Shown: positions 1-8,951 of the stretch, piece after piece
How positions within the stretch are numbered: the stretch's first letter is position 1
How the letters are laid out: each line of letters begins with the position of its first letter
DNA from: Dehalococcoidia bacterium
GTDB taxonomy: Bacteria > Chloroflexota > Dehalococcoidia > Lucifugimonadales > Australimonadaceae
NCBI GenBank assembly: GCA_965219845.1
Contig: CBDCOP010000004.1
Location: forward strand, 129,726-193,725
DNA: 64,000 bases
Direction of reading: 5' to 3'
Notes under the pieces: generated by a model
Databases searched by the model: none
What the model was told of the DNA's origin: nothing
The model's input: only the letters and a program-made list of their open reading frames with translations
Made by a program: the position numbers and the translations under genes

Positions 1-372
1 GCCCCGAGAACACAGCTATGCGTGGCTTGGCCATCGTTGCCTCCTAGTCAGGTCCCTCGCGCGCGTAGAAATTCCGGCCTCATCTGGCATCATCTGGCAC
101 CATTCACTCGGGGTCACGGGGCTCCAGCCGAGGCCAATTCGGGACCGGGTGGGGCCAGTCTGAGGGCGATTTGACGCCACGATGAGGCCAAATGGAGCCA
201 GTGTTTCGCCCTCTTTCCTCGTTACCGTGTGCATCGGGGACAGAGCGCCGTGTGTCATCGCACGTACAGGGTACGCGGGCAGATGGCGTCGGCGTAAGGG
301 GCAGGTGGCACACCCGCTCGGCCCGCGCCCAGTCCCTGCTGCAGGTGAGGTAGCCGCCGCCGAGCGGCCTCG

Positions 373-708
373 TCATGACTGGCCTGCCCAGTAGTCATGC
401 ACGTGCTTCAACTCATCCACCCAGAAGGCATCCCTGTCGCTCCCCGTAAACTTTCCCATACTTCTTGCCAGCCCAAAGAAGCCCTCGCCTGGCCTGTTGT
501 TGACCTCAGATATGACAACTGCCGAAAGCATGTAGTTGCCGGAAACGGTGGACTTATTGATTCGGTCGAGCATGTCCGAGACCTGCTGTACAGCCCAATC
601 ACCGTCGAGTTCTATGCCCATCAAGTGGGCTACCGCACTGTAGGTCGTGGTCCCACGGGCTTTAGCGACTCGAATCAACTCTTCCGCTACTTCTGTTTGC
701 CTATCCAC
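373..708 (-). CDS. hypothetical protein
   Basis: 111-aa ORF with balanced, protein-like composition in a locally lower-GC stretch. I recognise no family motif. Confidence 0.4.
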   Translation of the reverse strand: MDRQTEVAEELIRVAKARGTTTYSAVAHLMGIELDGDWAVQQVSDMLDRINKSTVSGNYMLSAVVISEVNNRPGEGFFGLARSMGKFTGSDRDAFWVDELKHVHDYWAGQS

Positions 709-717
709 GCCCCCTCC

Positions 718-1176
718 TCACCCGCGCTTCGCCTTGCTGCGCGCCGACTCGTAGAACGAAAGGAAGTCGTCGACGCTCGTGCGTGCTATCGTCTCGCCGA
801 TCAAATCGAGCGGGAGGTCGGCGAGGCGTTTGAAGCGCACGCACGACTTGCCCATGTCCAGCCGCTTGCCGCTCGCCGCGTAGGCGGACGTGAACCACTC
901 CAGCGTCTGCGGGTCGCCGTAGACGTTGTTCAGGTAGACCGCCATGTAGCGCTTCTGCGACGCGAGCGCGGCAAGTTGCAGCGCCTGCTTGTTGTAGGTG
1001 ACCGGGTACCGGCTCAGCGGCACCACGTAGCCGATCATGCCGAACTGCATGCGCTCCTCGTAGCCGTCCGGCAGGTTGTCCAGCACCACCCGGCGCACCG
1101 CTTCTATCGCGTCGCGTCGCTCCTCCGGCAGTCCGGCAAGGTACTCCTCAACCGTTGCCGCCTCGCTCTTGACCAT
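718..1176 (-). CDS. DUF1801 (YdhG-like) domain protein
   Basis: 152-aa ORF. The N-terminal 'VEEYLAGLPEERRDAIEAVRRVV' and the overall size match the DUF1801/YdhG pattern. Confidence 0.7.
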   Translation of the reverse strand: MVKSEAATVEEYLAGLPEERRDAIEAVRRVVLDNLPDGYEERMQFGMIGYVVPLSRYPVTYNKQALQLAALASQKRYMAVYLNNVYGDPQTLEWFTSAYAASGKRLDMGKSCVRFKRLADLPLDLIGETIARTSVDDFLSFYESARSKAKRG

Positions 1177-1265
1177 GTGACGCTCCTCTCGCCGCGCCGC
1201 GCGCGGGTTTGTTGCACGGCGCGAAAGGTGTAATCTTCTGCCATCCGTCTGAGGGAGGGACAGCG

Positions 1266-2324
1266 ATGCCCATCATAGACGCTGACTGCCACGTTATCGA
1301 AAGCGAACAGACCTGGGAGTACCTCGACCCGGCCGACCACGCATACAAACCCGCCTCCATGTTCGATCCCAACCGGCCCGACAGGCCCATCTGGATCATA
1401 GACGGTAAACACCGCCAGCGGCCCTTCACCACCGGAGGGACCGGCTCCGCCGCCGAGGAACTCTCCGGCTTCTCAGAGACGTCGCAAGCGACACGGACAC
1501 TCGCCGACATCACCGCGCGCCTCGCCCACATGGACGAGCTCGGGGTCGACGTGCAGGTGCTCTTCCCCACTATCTTCCTCACCCGCATCTCCGAGAACCC
1601 CGCCGTGGAGCTCGCGCTCACCAAGAGCTACAACCGCTGGCTCGCCGACATCTGGGCCGAGAGCGACGGACGCCTCCGCTGGGCCGTCGTCCCGCCGCTC
1701 AACTCGATGGACGAGGTCGAGGAGCAGTTGCGCTACGGCAAGGAGAACGGCGCGTGCGGCATCTTCATGCGAGGATTCGAGGGCGACCGGCGCCTCGTGG
1801 ACCCGCATTTCGATCCGCTCTACGAGGCGGCGCAGGAGTACGACATGCCGGTGTGCATCCATGCCGGATGCGGCAACCCCGAGTTCGTCGGACTGACCGA
1901 GGCCGACGCCTACTCCCGGAACAAGCTGCCCATCATCAGCGCGTTCCACTCCATGCTCTACCGGGGCCTGTGGCAGCGCTTCCCGCGCCTGCGTGCCGGC
2001 TTCGTGGAGGGCGCGGCCAACTGGGTGCCTTACATCCTCAACGAGGTGCAGCACCGCGCACGCCGCGACGGCAACGCGTTCGACTCCGAGAACCTCATGG
2101 CCGACAGCCGCATGTACGTCAGCTGCCAGACGAACGACGACCTGCCCTACATCTTCGCGAACGCATCAGAGGACAACTTCATGATCGGCTCCGACTACGG
2201 CCACTCCGACACCTCCAGCGAGCTGGAGGCGCTCAAGTCGCTGAAGACGAGCGGCCTGCTGGAGCCCCGCATCGTCGACAAGGTCCTCTCGGACAACCCC
2301 GCGCGCCTCTACGCCATCGAGTAG
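1266..2324 (+). CDS. amidohydrolase family protein (amidohydrolase_2 / ACMSD-like)
   Basis: ORF track gives 1209..2324. I moved the start to ATG 1266, which is preceded by GGAGGGA. It has an 'IIDADCHV' N-terminus and a 'IGSDYGHSD' C-terminal motif, and is a paralog of 17711..18811. Confidence 0.85.
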   Translation: MPIIDADCHVIESEQTWEYLDPADHAYKPASMFDPNRPDRPIWIIDGKHRQRPFTTGGTGSAAEELSGFSETSQATRTLADITARLAHMDELGVDVQVLFPTIFLTRISENPAVELALTKSYNRWLADIWAESDGRLRWAVVPPLNSMDEVEEQLRYGKENGACGIFMRGFEGDRRLVDPHFDPLYEAAQEYDMPVCIHAGCGNPEFVGLTEADAYSRNKLPIISAFHSMLYRGLWQRFPRLRAGFVEGAANWVPYILNEVQHRARRDGNAFDSENLMADSRMYVSCQTNDDLPYIFANASEDNFMIGSDYGHSDTSSELEALKSLKTSGLLEPRIVDKVLSDNPARLYAIE

Positions 2325-2406
2325 CTCCACCAGGGGGGGCGCAGCCATCCGGAAAAAGGTTGGTGTCACCAGTCCGTACTGGTACAATGCTGCCAGGAGG
2401 CCTCCC

Positions 2407-3684
2407 ATGGCAAGAGTGCGAGGACGGGTGACAACAAAAACCGGGGCAGACGTGCAACTGGACACGAGCGATGAGCATCCCGCGTTGACGCCCGTGATGC
2501 GGCGGGTGGCAGGGGGGTACTGGGAGATCGTGAGGGCCAGGGCGGCAGAGCAGGCGCTCCCCATCGTCAGAGCGTGGCTGTGGCCATACCTAGACGTCGA
2601 AGGCACCTATGTCGTGTTCCTCGTCGTACACTTGGACGCCTTTGCCGAACGGGTGTCCGCATTCCACCACGGCCTCAACCCCGACCGCAGACACTGGTAC
2701 GCTCAACTCGACGCTGAAGACCAGAAAGCGAGTTTGCGGCTGGCGCTGACGCCGGTAGGGATCCGTGGCAGAGAAGCATCCGCCATGGCGCTTGACGGTG
2801 CGTCAATGAACCGTATTGATCTGGCAGACAATCTCAACGTCCTGCCCTGTATCGGAGATGGAGCGGCATCACTCATCTACATTGACCCTCCTTTCAATAC
2901 GGGCAAGGTGCAACGCCGTGAACGCCTGCGGACAGTACATGACGAGGAAGCAGGTGATCGCTCAGGCTTTCAAGGCCGCAGGTACCGCACGGCCAAACTT
3001 GGCGCTCTTGCCTTTCCCGATGTGTTCGAGGATTTTCTGGAGTTCATCAAGCCTCGGCTGGAACATGCTTACCGCATCCTCTCGCCAAGCGGATCTTTCT
3101 TCCTGCATATCGACTACCGAGAAGTCCACTACTGCAAAGTGCTCCTGGATTCCATCTTCGGCCACGAATGCTTCATGAACGAAATTGTCTGGGCATACGA
3201 CTATGGCGGACGACCGAAAGACCGATGGCCAGCCAAGCACGATACCCTGCTCTGGTACGTGAAAAACCCACGCTGCTATACGTTCAACTATGAGGCAATC
3301 GACCGTATTCCATACATGGCGCCTGGGCTAGTGGGACCAGAGAAGGCAGCCAGAGGCAAGACGCCAACCGACGTATGGTGGCAAACCATCGTTCCTACAA
3401 ATGGGCGGGAGCGGACAGGCTATCCAACGCAGAAACCACTCCCTATCCTAGAACGCATCGTGAAGGTGCATTCCAACCCGGGCGACTTGGTGCTGGATTT
3501 CTTCGCAGGCTCAGGTACTACAGGAGAGGCGGCAGCTCGCAATGGAAGGCGATTCTGGCTTATCGACAGCAGCCCTGACGCTGCTCGCGTTATGGCAAGA
3601 CGCCTCGCTTTCAGTAATCCAGAGTGCGTGGGATTTAGCCCTGAACATATAAACTCTCAGGCATCCTTGAAAGGGATTCTATGA
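2407..3684 (+). CDS. site-specific DNA methyltransferase, beta-class N4/N6 (PF01555-like)
   Basis: Carries 'IYIDPPFNTG' (DPPF catalytic motif), then 'YPTQKP' and 'DFFAGSGTT' (AdoMet site). GC drops after about 2790, so the real start may be ATG 2785 or 2806. The 126-aa N-terminal extension is of uncertain status. Confidence 0.85.
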   Translation: MARVRGRVTTKTGADVQLDTSDEHPALTPVMRRVAGGYWEIVRARAAEQALPIVRAWLWPYLDVEGTYVVFLVVHLDAFAERVSAFHHGLNPDRRHWYAQLDAEDQKASLRLALTPVGIRGREASAMALDGASMNRIDLADNLNVLPCIGDGAASLIYIDPPFNTGKVQRRERLRTVHDEEAGDRSGFQGRRYRTAKLGALAFPDVFEDFLEFIKPRLEHAYRILSPSGSFFLHIDYREVHYCKVLLDSIFGHECFMNEIVWAYDYGGRPKDRWPAKHDTLLWYVKNPRCYTFNYEAIDRIPYMAPGLVGPEKAARGKTPTDVWWQTIVPTNGRERTGYPTQKPLPILERIVKVHSNPGDLVLDFFAGSGTTGEAAARNGRRFWLIDSSPDAARVMARRLAFSNPECVGFSPEHINSQASLKGIL

Positions 3685-4232
3685 CACGGCGCCACATCCA
3701 AGACCCTGAAGTTCAATGGCTAGCAGCCATCGCTGCATCGATTGAGCCCGATTACACATCTGAAGAAGACGAATGGTTAGCAAGTCCGTTCGGTTGGATA
3801 AAACAAAAGCCATCACGTACAGTCGGAAAAATCTTTGAGCAACTAGTGGCTGGTTGGTGTGCTGCTAAAGAATTTGATGTGACTGCCCCACCAAACTCGG
3901 ATTCCGACAGAGTAATCGGTGGGCTCAGAGCTGAAATCAAGGGCTCCACTCTATGGAAGGGTGGTGGGCTCAAGTTCCAGCAGATACGAGATCAAGAGTA
4001 TGACATCGTAATCTGCCTAGGCATACATCCCTTCGACGCCCAATGCTGGATAATTCCGAAGAGTGTATTGATGCAACATCCCGAAGGAGTTGTTTCTCAA
4101 CACGGAGGACAAGCTGGTACGGACACTGCATGGCTTGGCTTCAGCGCAGACAATCCGCCACGATGGCTGAGTCAGTGGGGAGGAAGACTCTCGGACGCGC
4201 ACCAAGTCCTACGCAACCTTACCGGTAGTTGA
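3681..4232 (+). CDS. putative type II restriction endonuclease (PD-(D/E)xK-like)
   Basis: 183-aa ORF whose ATG overlaps the methylase stop (ATGA). 'SDRVIGGLRAEIKGS' gives D-x8-E-x-K. One 60-nt line I counted is 43% GC. Confidence 0.5.
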   Translation: MTRRHIQDPEVQWLAAIAASIEPDYTSEEDEWLASPFGWIKQKPSRTVGKIFEQLVAGWCAAKEFDVTAPPNSDSDRVIGGLRAEIKGSTLWKGGGLKFQQIRDQEYDIVICLGIHPFDAQCWIIPKSVLMQHPEGVVSQHGGQAGTDTAWLGFSADNPPRWLSQWGGRLSDAHQVLRNLTGS

Positions 4233-4265
4233 CCCATCCCCCCAGTGTTGGGCCGTTCAGGACGC

Positions 4266-4290
4266 GTGATTCCCGCTCCACGGGAATCAC
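4266..4290. terminator. 10-bp-stem hairpin between convergent genes (a variant of repeat family B)
   Basis: The sequence is gtgattcccg-ctcca-cgggaatcac. It sits between the stop at 4232 (+) and the stop at 4309 (-). Confidence 0.35.
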
Positions 4291-4308
4291 AGGAGGGCAC
4301 CCCGGTCC

Positions 4309-4944
4309 CTAGAAGCACGGAACGTCGATGCGGCTGATGCGCTCGTACGCCTCGGGGTGCGACCAGAGGAAACCAACGTACTCGTTTATGTTGCCTCCGG
4401 GCCTGCCGTTCGGTCGCGCTTCCGCGGCGCGGGCCAATTCGCCGACCACGACCCTCGTGGCATGCAGCTGGGCGTCGTAGTGATCGCGCACCTGGTCAGG
4501 AACGTCCATGGCGATCAGGAACTGCTCATACGCCCGGAACTTCTGTTCCAGCTCCGAGAACGAGGAGGTCGCGACGTTGAAGCTCGGCTTGCCTGCGCAG
4601 ACGTCCTCGACGTATCTCGCGACGAGGTCCGGCGTAGGTGTCGGCTCCGGCATTGGAGTAGGCGTGGGGGTAGCGGTCGGACGTCGCGTGGGCGTCGGGT
4701 CAGGGGGCCTGGTGGGGGGCATTGCCGTCGGCGTTGGGAGCGACGCTGGCTCGGGTGTTGCCGTCGGGGCAGGGGGCTCGGGTGTCCAGGTGGGTTCGGG
4801 GGTCGGCGTCGAGGTCGGCTCGGGCGTCCACGTCGGGACTGGGGTCGCAGTCGGAGCCGATGAGCAAGCCGTCAGTGCAACCGGCGCGAGGAGCAGCGTG
4901 AGGATCAGGAAACGGGCAACCGGCCTAAGAGACGTGTGAGCCAT
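4309..4944 (-). CDS. lipoprotein with Pro/Thr-rich linker, function unknown
   Basis: Start moved to Met88 of the 298-aa ORF. It has a '[13 protein letters not shown]' lipobox-like signal, then about 90 aa of PT repeats (TWTPEP occurs twice), then a globular C-terminus. Confidence 0.6.
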   Translation of the reverse strand: MAHTSLRPVARFLILTLLLAPVALTACSSAPTATPVPTWTPEPTSTPTPEPTWTPEPPAPTATPEPASLPTPTAMPPTRPPDPTPTRRPTATPTPTPMPEPTPTPDLVARYVEDVCAGKPSFNVATSSFSELEQKFRAYEQFLIAMDVPDQVRDHYDAQLHATRVVVGELARAAEARPNGRPGGNINEYVGFLWSHPEAYERISRIDVPCF

Positions 4945-4984
4945 ACACCTACAGTATACCGGGTGCGCGACGTTCCCTGGGTCT

Positions 4985-5446
4985 CTAGAGTCTCCCGGAC
5001 TCCCGAGGGGCGGGTTTCGGGTCGTTGAAGGCGGGAACAGCGACGCCGAGGCGCTGCAGCATCGTGAAGTCGTCGCGGTCGCCCCATTGCTCGACGACGC
5101 GCCCGAGCTGAATACGGTAGACGTCGATGCGCCGCCACCAAGAGAGGTTCGCCCGCGGCGACGTGCCCATGCCCACGCCTTGGAACCCGCCGGTGAACGA
5201 GACACACGCCGCTACGCGATCCTCCGCCGCGATGAGGTCGTCCACCGTAACGTGTATCGAGGGGAACGCCGTTCTCGTCATCGTGACGAGTTGCTTGATG
5301 GGCTCCGGCCCGAAGGGGTCTTCGAGGATGCCGGCGATGTGGAGTTCCACGTCCGGCGCGTACAACTCGTCGATCAGCTCGATGCGCCCCTTGTTGTAGA
5401 CCTCCGCGTACAGGCGGCGGACGAACGCCTTGTTCTCCTCTGGCAT
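4985..5446 (-). CDS. ester cyclase / SnoaL-like (NTF2 fold) protein
   Basis: Start at Met26 (ATG 5446) with an upstream GGAGAG. '[29 protein letters not shown]' is the typical N-terminus of the predicted ester cyclase family. Confidence 0.75.
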   Translation of the reverse strand: MPEENKAFVRRLYAEVYNKGRIELIDELYAPDVELHIAGILEDPFGPEPIKQLVTMTRTAFPSIHVTVDDLIAAEDRVAACVSFTGGFQGVGMGTSPRANLSWWRRIDVYRIQLGRVVEQWGDRDDFTMLQRLGVAVPAFNDPKPAPRESGRL

Positions 5447-5462
5447 CTCGCACTCTCCTTCG

Positions 5463-5699
5463 CTAGCGCGGCTCTTCCAAGTAGATGTAATTTCTTTCTT
5501 CACAGAACCTGCTGTACCCAATCACGCTTTTGCATCCCGCTGCTATTGCAGCATCGTCCCATTTGCCCAAAGTCACTCCTGCAGGCAGCCTATCCACCAG
5601 TATGTGCCACTTGCACCAGCGATACGTGCCTCCGTGCGAAGGGCATTCGGTCTTGAGAATACGAACTATCTTGTTTCGGCGTTGTCGATCCATAGTCAC
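5463..5699 (-). CDS. hypothetical small Cys/Trp-rich protein
   Basis: 78-aa ORF in a lower-GC pocket directly upstream of, and co-directional with, the ester cyclase. No motif recognised. Confidence 0.3.
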   Translation of the reverse strand: MTMDRQRRNKIVRILKTECPSHGGTYRWCKWHILVDRLPAGVTLGKWDDAAIAAGCKSVIGYSRFCEERNYIYLEEPR

Positions 5700-5790
5700 C
5701 TGCTATGACTCTACGCTACTAAGCTGCTCCCGCTCCGCGGCGCATTGTTGAGGAGCGGACGCGCAGCGTCAAGCGCGGCGAGGCTGCGGG

Positions 5791-5840
5791 GTTCCTGCCT
5801 CCGCAGGAACGACAGGAACCGTCGCGCTCCGCGCGACGGT
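5791..5840. repeat. two adjacent GC hairpins (a repeat family B unit plus a second hairpin)
   Basis: The first is gttcctgc-ctcc-gcaggaac (5791-5810). The second is accgtcgcg-ctccg-cgcgacggt (5818-5840). Confidence 0.6.
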
Positions 5841-5887
5841 TGACCCGGAGTGCTATAGTCCACTCACCCTGCAGCAGGAGGCGTCAG

Positions 5888-6850
5888 ATGCTCGCGATCG
5901 GCACGAACGACGGCATCGTCATGCTCGAAAGGAAGAACGGCGCGTGGGAAGTCGCCGCGCGGGCGCTCCCCGGCGTCCGGGTCGAGGGCGTCTGCTCGAC
6001 CCCCGAGGGCAGGATAGCCGCGACGGAGCAAGGGGTCTTCGAGAGCGGGGCGGACTCTGCGGAGTGGAAGCAGACGCTGCCGGACATCGACACCCGTTGC
6101 CTGACCGTGACGCTGGACGGGACGGTCTTCGTGGGCGCTGACAACGCGGTGCTCTACCGCCGGCGCGCTGCCGAAGAGCAGTTCTCCGAGGTCGAGAGCC
6201 TCAGGGACCTGCCAACCTACGCCACCTGGACGTTCCCCGTGTCGCCGCACATGCCGAACATCCGCTCCATCGCGGCCTCGCCGACCACACCCGGACGCGT
6301 CTACGTCGGCGTCGAGGTGGGCGGCGTCATGCTCACCGAGGACGGTGGGGAGACGTGGCAGGAGGCGCGCGAGAGCATCCACCCGGACATCCACTGCCTC
6401 GCGGTCGCGCCGGACGACGGCGCGCCGCCGGGTGACGGCGACCACGTCTTCGCGGTGACGGGCGTCGGCTTCTACCGTTCGCAGGACGCGGCGCGCTCGT
6501 GGCAGTCCCGCTGCGGCGGACTCGAGACGATGTACGCCGTCACGCTAGCGAACGACCCCACGGACCGGCAGCGGCTGTTCGCGGCGGCCACACTCGGCAG
6601 GCCCCGCAGCTGGAGGACGCGCCCCGAGGGCGCAGTGGCGAAGGTCTACCGCAGCGACGACGGCGGCTCGCAGTGGCGTCCGCTCATGGACGACGGCCTC
6701 GTACAGGCGGTCGACGCGTTAGCGGTGGACGCGGACGGCGCGGTCTACGCCGGCACGTACGGCGGGCAGGTGCTCGCCCGCGCCGCAGACGGCGACGCGT
6801 GGAGCGTTGTCGCGGACGGCCTCGCGCCGGTCAACTGCATCTCCGCGTAG
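5888..6850 (+). CDS. BNR/Asp-box repeat beta-propeller protein
   Basis: Start at ATG 5888, after GGAGG. Recurrent Asp-box-like 'DGGETWQ', 'QDAARSWQ' and 'DDGGSQWRP' motifs are present. Confidence 0.7.
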   Translation: MLAIGTNDGIVMLERKNGAWEVAARALPGVRVEGVCSTPEGRIAATEQGVFESGADSAEWKQTLPDIDTRCLTVTLDGTVFVGADNAVLYRRRAAEEQFSEVESLRDLPTYATWTFPVSPHMPNIRSIAASPTTPGRVYVGVEVGGVMLTEDGGETWQEARESIHPDIHCLAVAPDDGAPPGDGDHVFAVTGVGFYRSQDAARSWQSRCGGLETMYAVTLANDPTDRQRLFAAATLGRPRSWRTRPEGAVAKVYRSDDGGSQWRPLMDDGLVQAVDALAVDADGAVYAGTYGGQVLARAADGDAWSVVADGLAPVNCISA

Positions 6851-6891
6851 CAGAGGCTGGTACACATCTCTCTGAGGCGTAGACCCGATCT

Positions 6892-7128
6892 GTGCCGACC
6901 ATATTCAGACAGGGGCCGTACCGGTTCTTCTTCTACGCGTCTGACCGGAGCGAGCCGCCGCACGTACACGTCGAACGTGACAACCGGGTAGCGAAGTTCT
7001 GGTTGGTGCCAGTGAGGCTGCAAACCGGCGGCGGGATGAGCGGGTTGGAACTTCGTCGAATCGAGAGGATAATAGAGCAGCATCGGGATTCGTTCATGGG
7101 AGCGTGGGATGGCGGTTTCGACAACTGA
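6892..7128 (+). CDS. DUF4160 domain protein
   Basis: 'YRFFFYASDRSEPPHVHVE' is the hallmark of DUF4160. GTG start. Confidence 0.8.
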   Translation: MPTIFRQGPYRFFFYASDRSEPPHVHVERDNRVAKFWLVPVRLQTGGGMSGLELRRIERIIEQHRDSFMGAWDGGFDN

Positions 7129-7474
7129 GATCGAAGTCCCCGAGGCAACCAGCGTGATTGTCTCAGGTGACTCGCTTTCTGCCGTTCTGGCCGATGGGCG
7201 TGTCATCTCCGTGCCGCTGCACTGGTTCCCTCGGCTCCTTCATGCCACTCCGGAAGAGCGCACCAACTGGCGGCTCATGGGCGACGGTTCAGGCATCCAC
7301 TGGTCTGACCTGGATGAAGACATCAGCATCGAAGGACTCCTGGCCGGCCGTGCTTCCCTAGAAGGGCCACAATCCTTCCAACGCTGGCTGAAAGCGAAAC
7401 GTGCGGGAAGGGGCGTCAACCTGTACGAGGTCAGCCCGCACGAAGCCAACGTCGACAGCCCAGACAAGTCCTGA
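7109..7474 (+). CDS. DUF2442 domain protein
   Basis: 'ADGRVISVPLHWFPRLLHATPEERTNWRL...GIHWSDLDEDISIEGLL' matches the DUF2442 pattern. It overlaps the DUF4160 gene by 20 nt. Confidence 0.8.
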   Translation: MAVSTTEIEVPEATSVIVSGDSLSAVLADGRVISVPLHWFPRLLHATPEERTNWRLMGDGSGIHWSDLDEDISIEGLLAGRASLEGPQSFQRWLKAKRAGRGVNLYEVSPHEANVDSPDKS

Positions 7475-7483
7475 GCGCCCTGC

Positions 7484-7885
7484 TTACGCCCGGCTGCCGC
7501 CCGTCGCAGGGTAGAGTTGCAGGTTGATCCCGTTCGGGTCGCTGAAGTAGATCGTCTTCTGACCCTCGCGCTGCGTCACGCGCACGTCGACACCGCGCGC
7601 CTGCAGCCGCGACTCCGCCTCGTCGATGAACTCCGGCGTCGCCGTGACGGCGAGGTGGTTCAACGCGCCGATGGTGTCGCGCGTCGTGCCGCTCGCGCCC
7701 TGCGCCCCCTCGAAGAAGTCGAGCGTCCCCTCGCCGCCGAGGTCGAACGAGTAGTGCTTGTGGCCGGGCTCATCGTTCACGACCCTGCGGACCGACACGT
7801 TCAGCATCTCGCCGTAGAAGCTGGCCGTCTCCGCCATGTCCCGTGCTATCGCCGCCACGTGGTTCACACCGCTGATGCCGCCCAT
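7484..7885 (-). CDS. VOC (glyoxalase/bleomycin resistance/dioxygenase) family protein
   Basis: Start at Met18. 'GVNHVAAIARDMAETASFYGEMLN' and 'LNHLAV...YFSDPNGINLQL' are typical VOC modules. Confidence 0.8.
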   Translation of the reverse strand: MGGISGVNHVAAIARDMAETASFYGEMLNVSVRRVVNDEPGHKHYSFDLGGEGTLDFFEGAQGASGTTRDTIGALNHLAVTATPEFIDEAESRLQARGVDVRVTQREGQKTIYFSDPNGINLQLYPATGGSRA

Positions 7886-8007
7886 GCTGGACCTCCTGCG
7901 CTCCGTTTGCTGGACATATGGTACGACGCCGCGCAAGCGCGTGCGCTATGATGCGGACGCACGGTCGCACACGAACGCATCGGCTCATCACCAGGGAGGT
8001 GAACGTT

Positions 8008-8445
8008 ATGGCGCGCATCCGCCACATCGCCATCGGCACGGACGATCCTGAGGCAACGGCAAAGTTCTACATGGAAGGGCTGGGGCTGCAGCAGGTCGGC
8101 AGGGTGGACTCGCCGACCGCTGAGGGGTACTACCTGAGCGACGGCCACGTCAATCTGGCCGTGCTCAAGTGGCGCCAGGAGTGGGCGTCCATAACGGAGG
8201 GCGCACCCAAGCGCACCGGCGTCCACCACATCGGGTTCGGCGTCGAGGACATGGACTCCGCGCAGGCGCAGGTGCTGTCCGCGGGCGCGGTCGAGCACGT
8301 CGAGCCGAAGATCCGCGAGGAGTACAACCAGCGCAGGCCGGAGGAGACGGGCGGCGGCAACGTGGAGGTGAAGTTCACCGGGCCGGACGGCGTCACGTTC
8401 GACCTCTCCGTCCACGGCTGGGCGGGCACGGACCAGGCCGGGTAG
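8008..8445 (+). CDS. VOC family protein
   Basis: Start at ATG 8008, after GGGAGG. 'IRHIAIGTDDPEATAKFYMEGLGL' and 'VHHIGFGVEDMD' are present. It is divergent from the other VOC gene. Confidence 0.8.
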   Translation: MARIRHIAIGTDDPEATAKFYMEGLGLQQVGRVDSPTAEGYYLSDGHVNLAVLKWRQEWASITEGAPKRTGVHHIGFGVEDMDSAQAQVLSAGAVEHVEPKIREEYNQRRPEETGGGNVEVKFTGPDGVTFDLSVHGWAGTDQAG

Positions 8446-8458
8446 GGCGCCGAGGGAT

Positions 8459-8606
8459 TGTCATGTTGAGCGTAGCCGAAGCATCTCTCGGGGGACGCCG
8501 GTGTACCGCAGACACGTGCCCGAGAGATTCCTCGGCTTCGCTCGGAATGACAAACGAGGGGCTCGGATGGCAAACAAGAGGCGAGTTCCTGCTTTCGCGG
8601 GAATGA
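8459..8606. repeat. repeat family C long inverted repeat plus a family B-like hairpin
   Basis: The 34-nt arms at 8459-8493 and 8519-8552 are imperfect reverse complements (TGTCATGTTGAGCGTAGCCGAAGCATCTCTCGGG). They are followed by gttcctgc-tttc-gcgggaat at about 8585-8606. Confidence 0.7.
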
Positions 8607-8630
8607 CGAGAGGGGCTGCGCCCCCGCGCC

Positions 8631-8951
8631 TCAGGACGGGATGAGGAAGCTCTTGGAGTTTCCGCCGATGGCGATCAAGCCGTTGGAGTTCAAGCCGCCT
8701 ATCGCGATGAGTCCGACGGAGTTGACTCCGCCTACGGCAACGACGCCTATCGCATTGACGCCGCCCACGGCGACGATGCCTACAGAATTGACGACGCCGA
8801 ACGTGACGAGCCCCAGAGCGTTCAGCACGCTCAGAGCAGCGAGGCCGAAGGCGTTGAGCCCGCCCATGGCCACGAGGCCAACTGCGTTCCATTTCCCCGC
8901 AGCGACCTGACCGACGGCGTTAGCCCTGTACGTAAACGATGTGTCATTCAT
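8631..8951 (-). CDS. hydrophobic repeat protein (eight 11-residue N-x-x-G repeats)
   Basis: Start at ATG 8951 with AGGAGA upstream. After 10 residues the protein is NAVGQVAAGKW / NAVGLVAMGGL / NAFGLAALSVL / NALGLVTFGVV / NSVGIVAVGGV / NAIGVVAVGGV / NSVGLIAIGGL / NSNGLIAIGG. Confidence 0.55.
   Translation of the reverse strand: MNDTSFTYRANAVGQVAAGKWNAVGLVAMGGLNAFGLAALSVLNALGLVTFGVVNSVGIVAVGGVNAIGVVAVGGVNSVGLIAIGGLNSNGLIAIGGNSKSFLIPS

Noticed and set aside
1-372. An unassigned 370-bp stretch at the window start. On the minus strand it contains GAGGAAAG-N6-GAAAC and a nearby GTGCG, so I considered RNase P RNA or a group II intron fragment.
   Set aside because: The other conserved RNase P elements (such as GAGGAAAGTCCGGGC and the P4 partner) are absent. 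The spacing expected for group II intron domains is also absent. The two ORFs here (16..258 and 104..376) have junk-like composition. I leave it unannotated. An Rfam scan would settle it.
4309-5205. The full 298-aa ORF for the PT-rich lipoprotein, and the overlapping 182-aa ORF at 4905..5453.
   Set aside because: The first 87 codons overlap the ester cyclase gene and are Ser/Arg/Gly-rich. A signal peptide and lipobox appear right after Met88. ORF 4905..5453 is Arg-rich shadow sequence of the ester cyclase.
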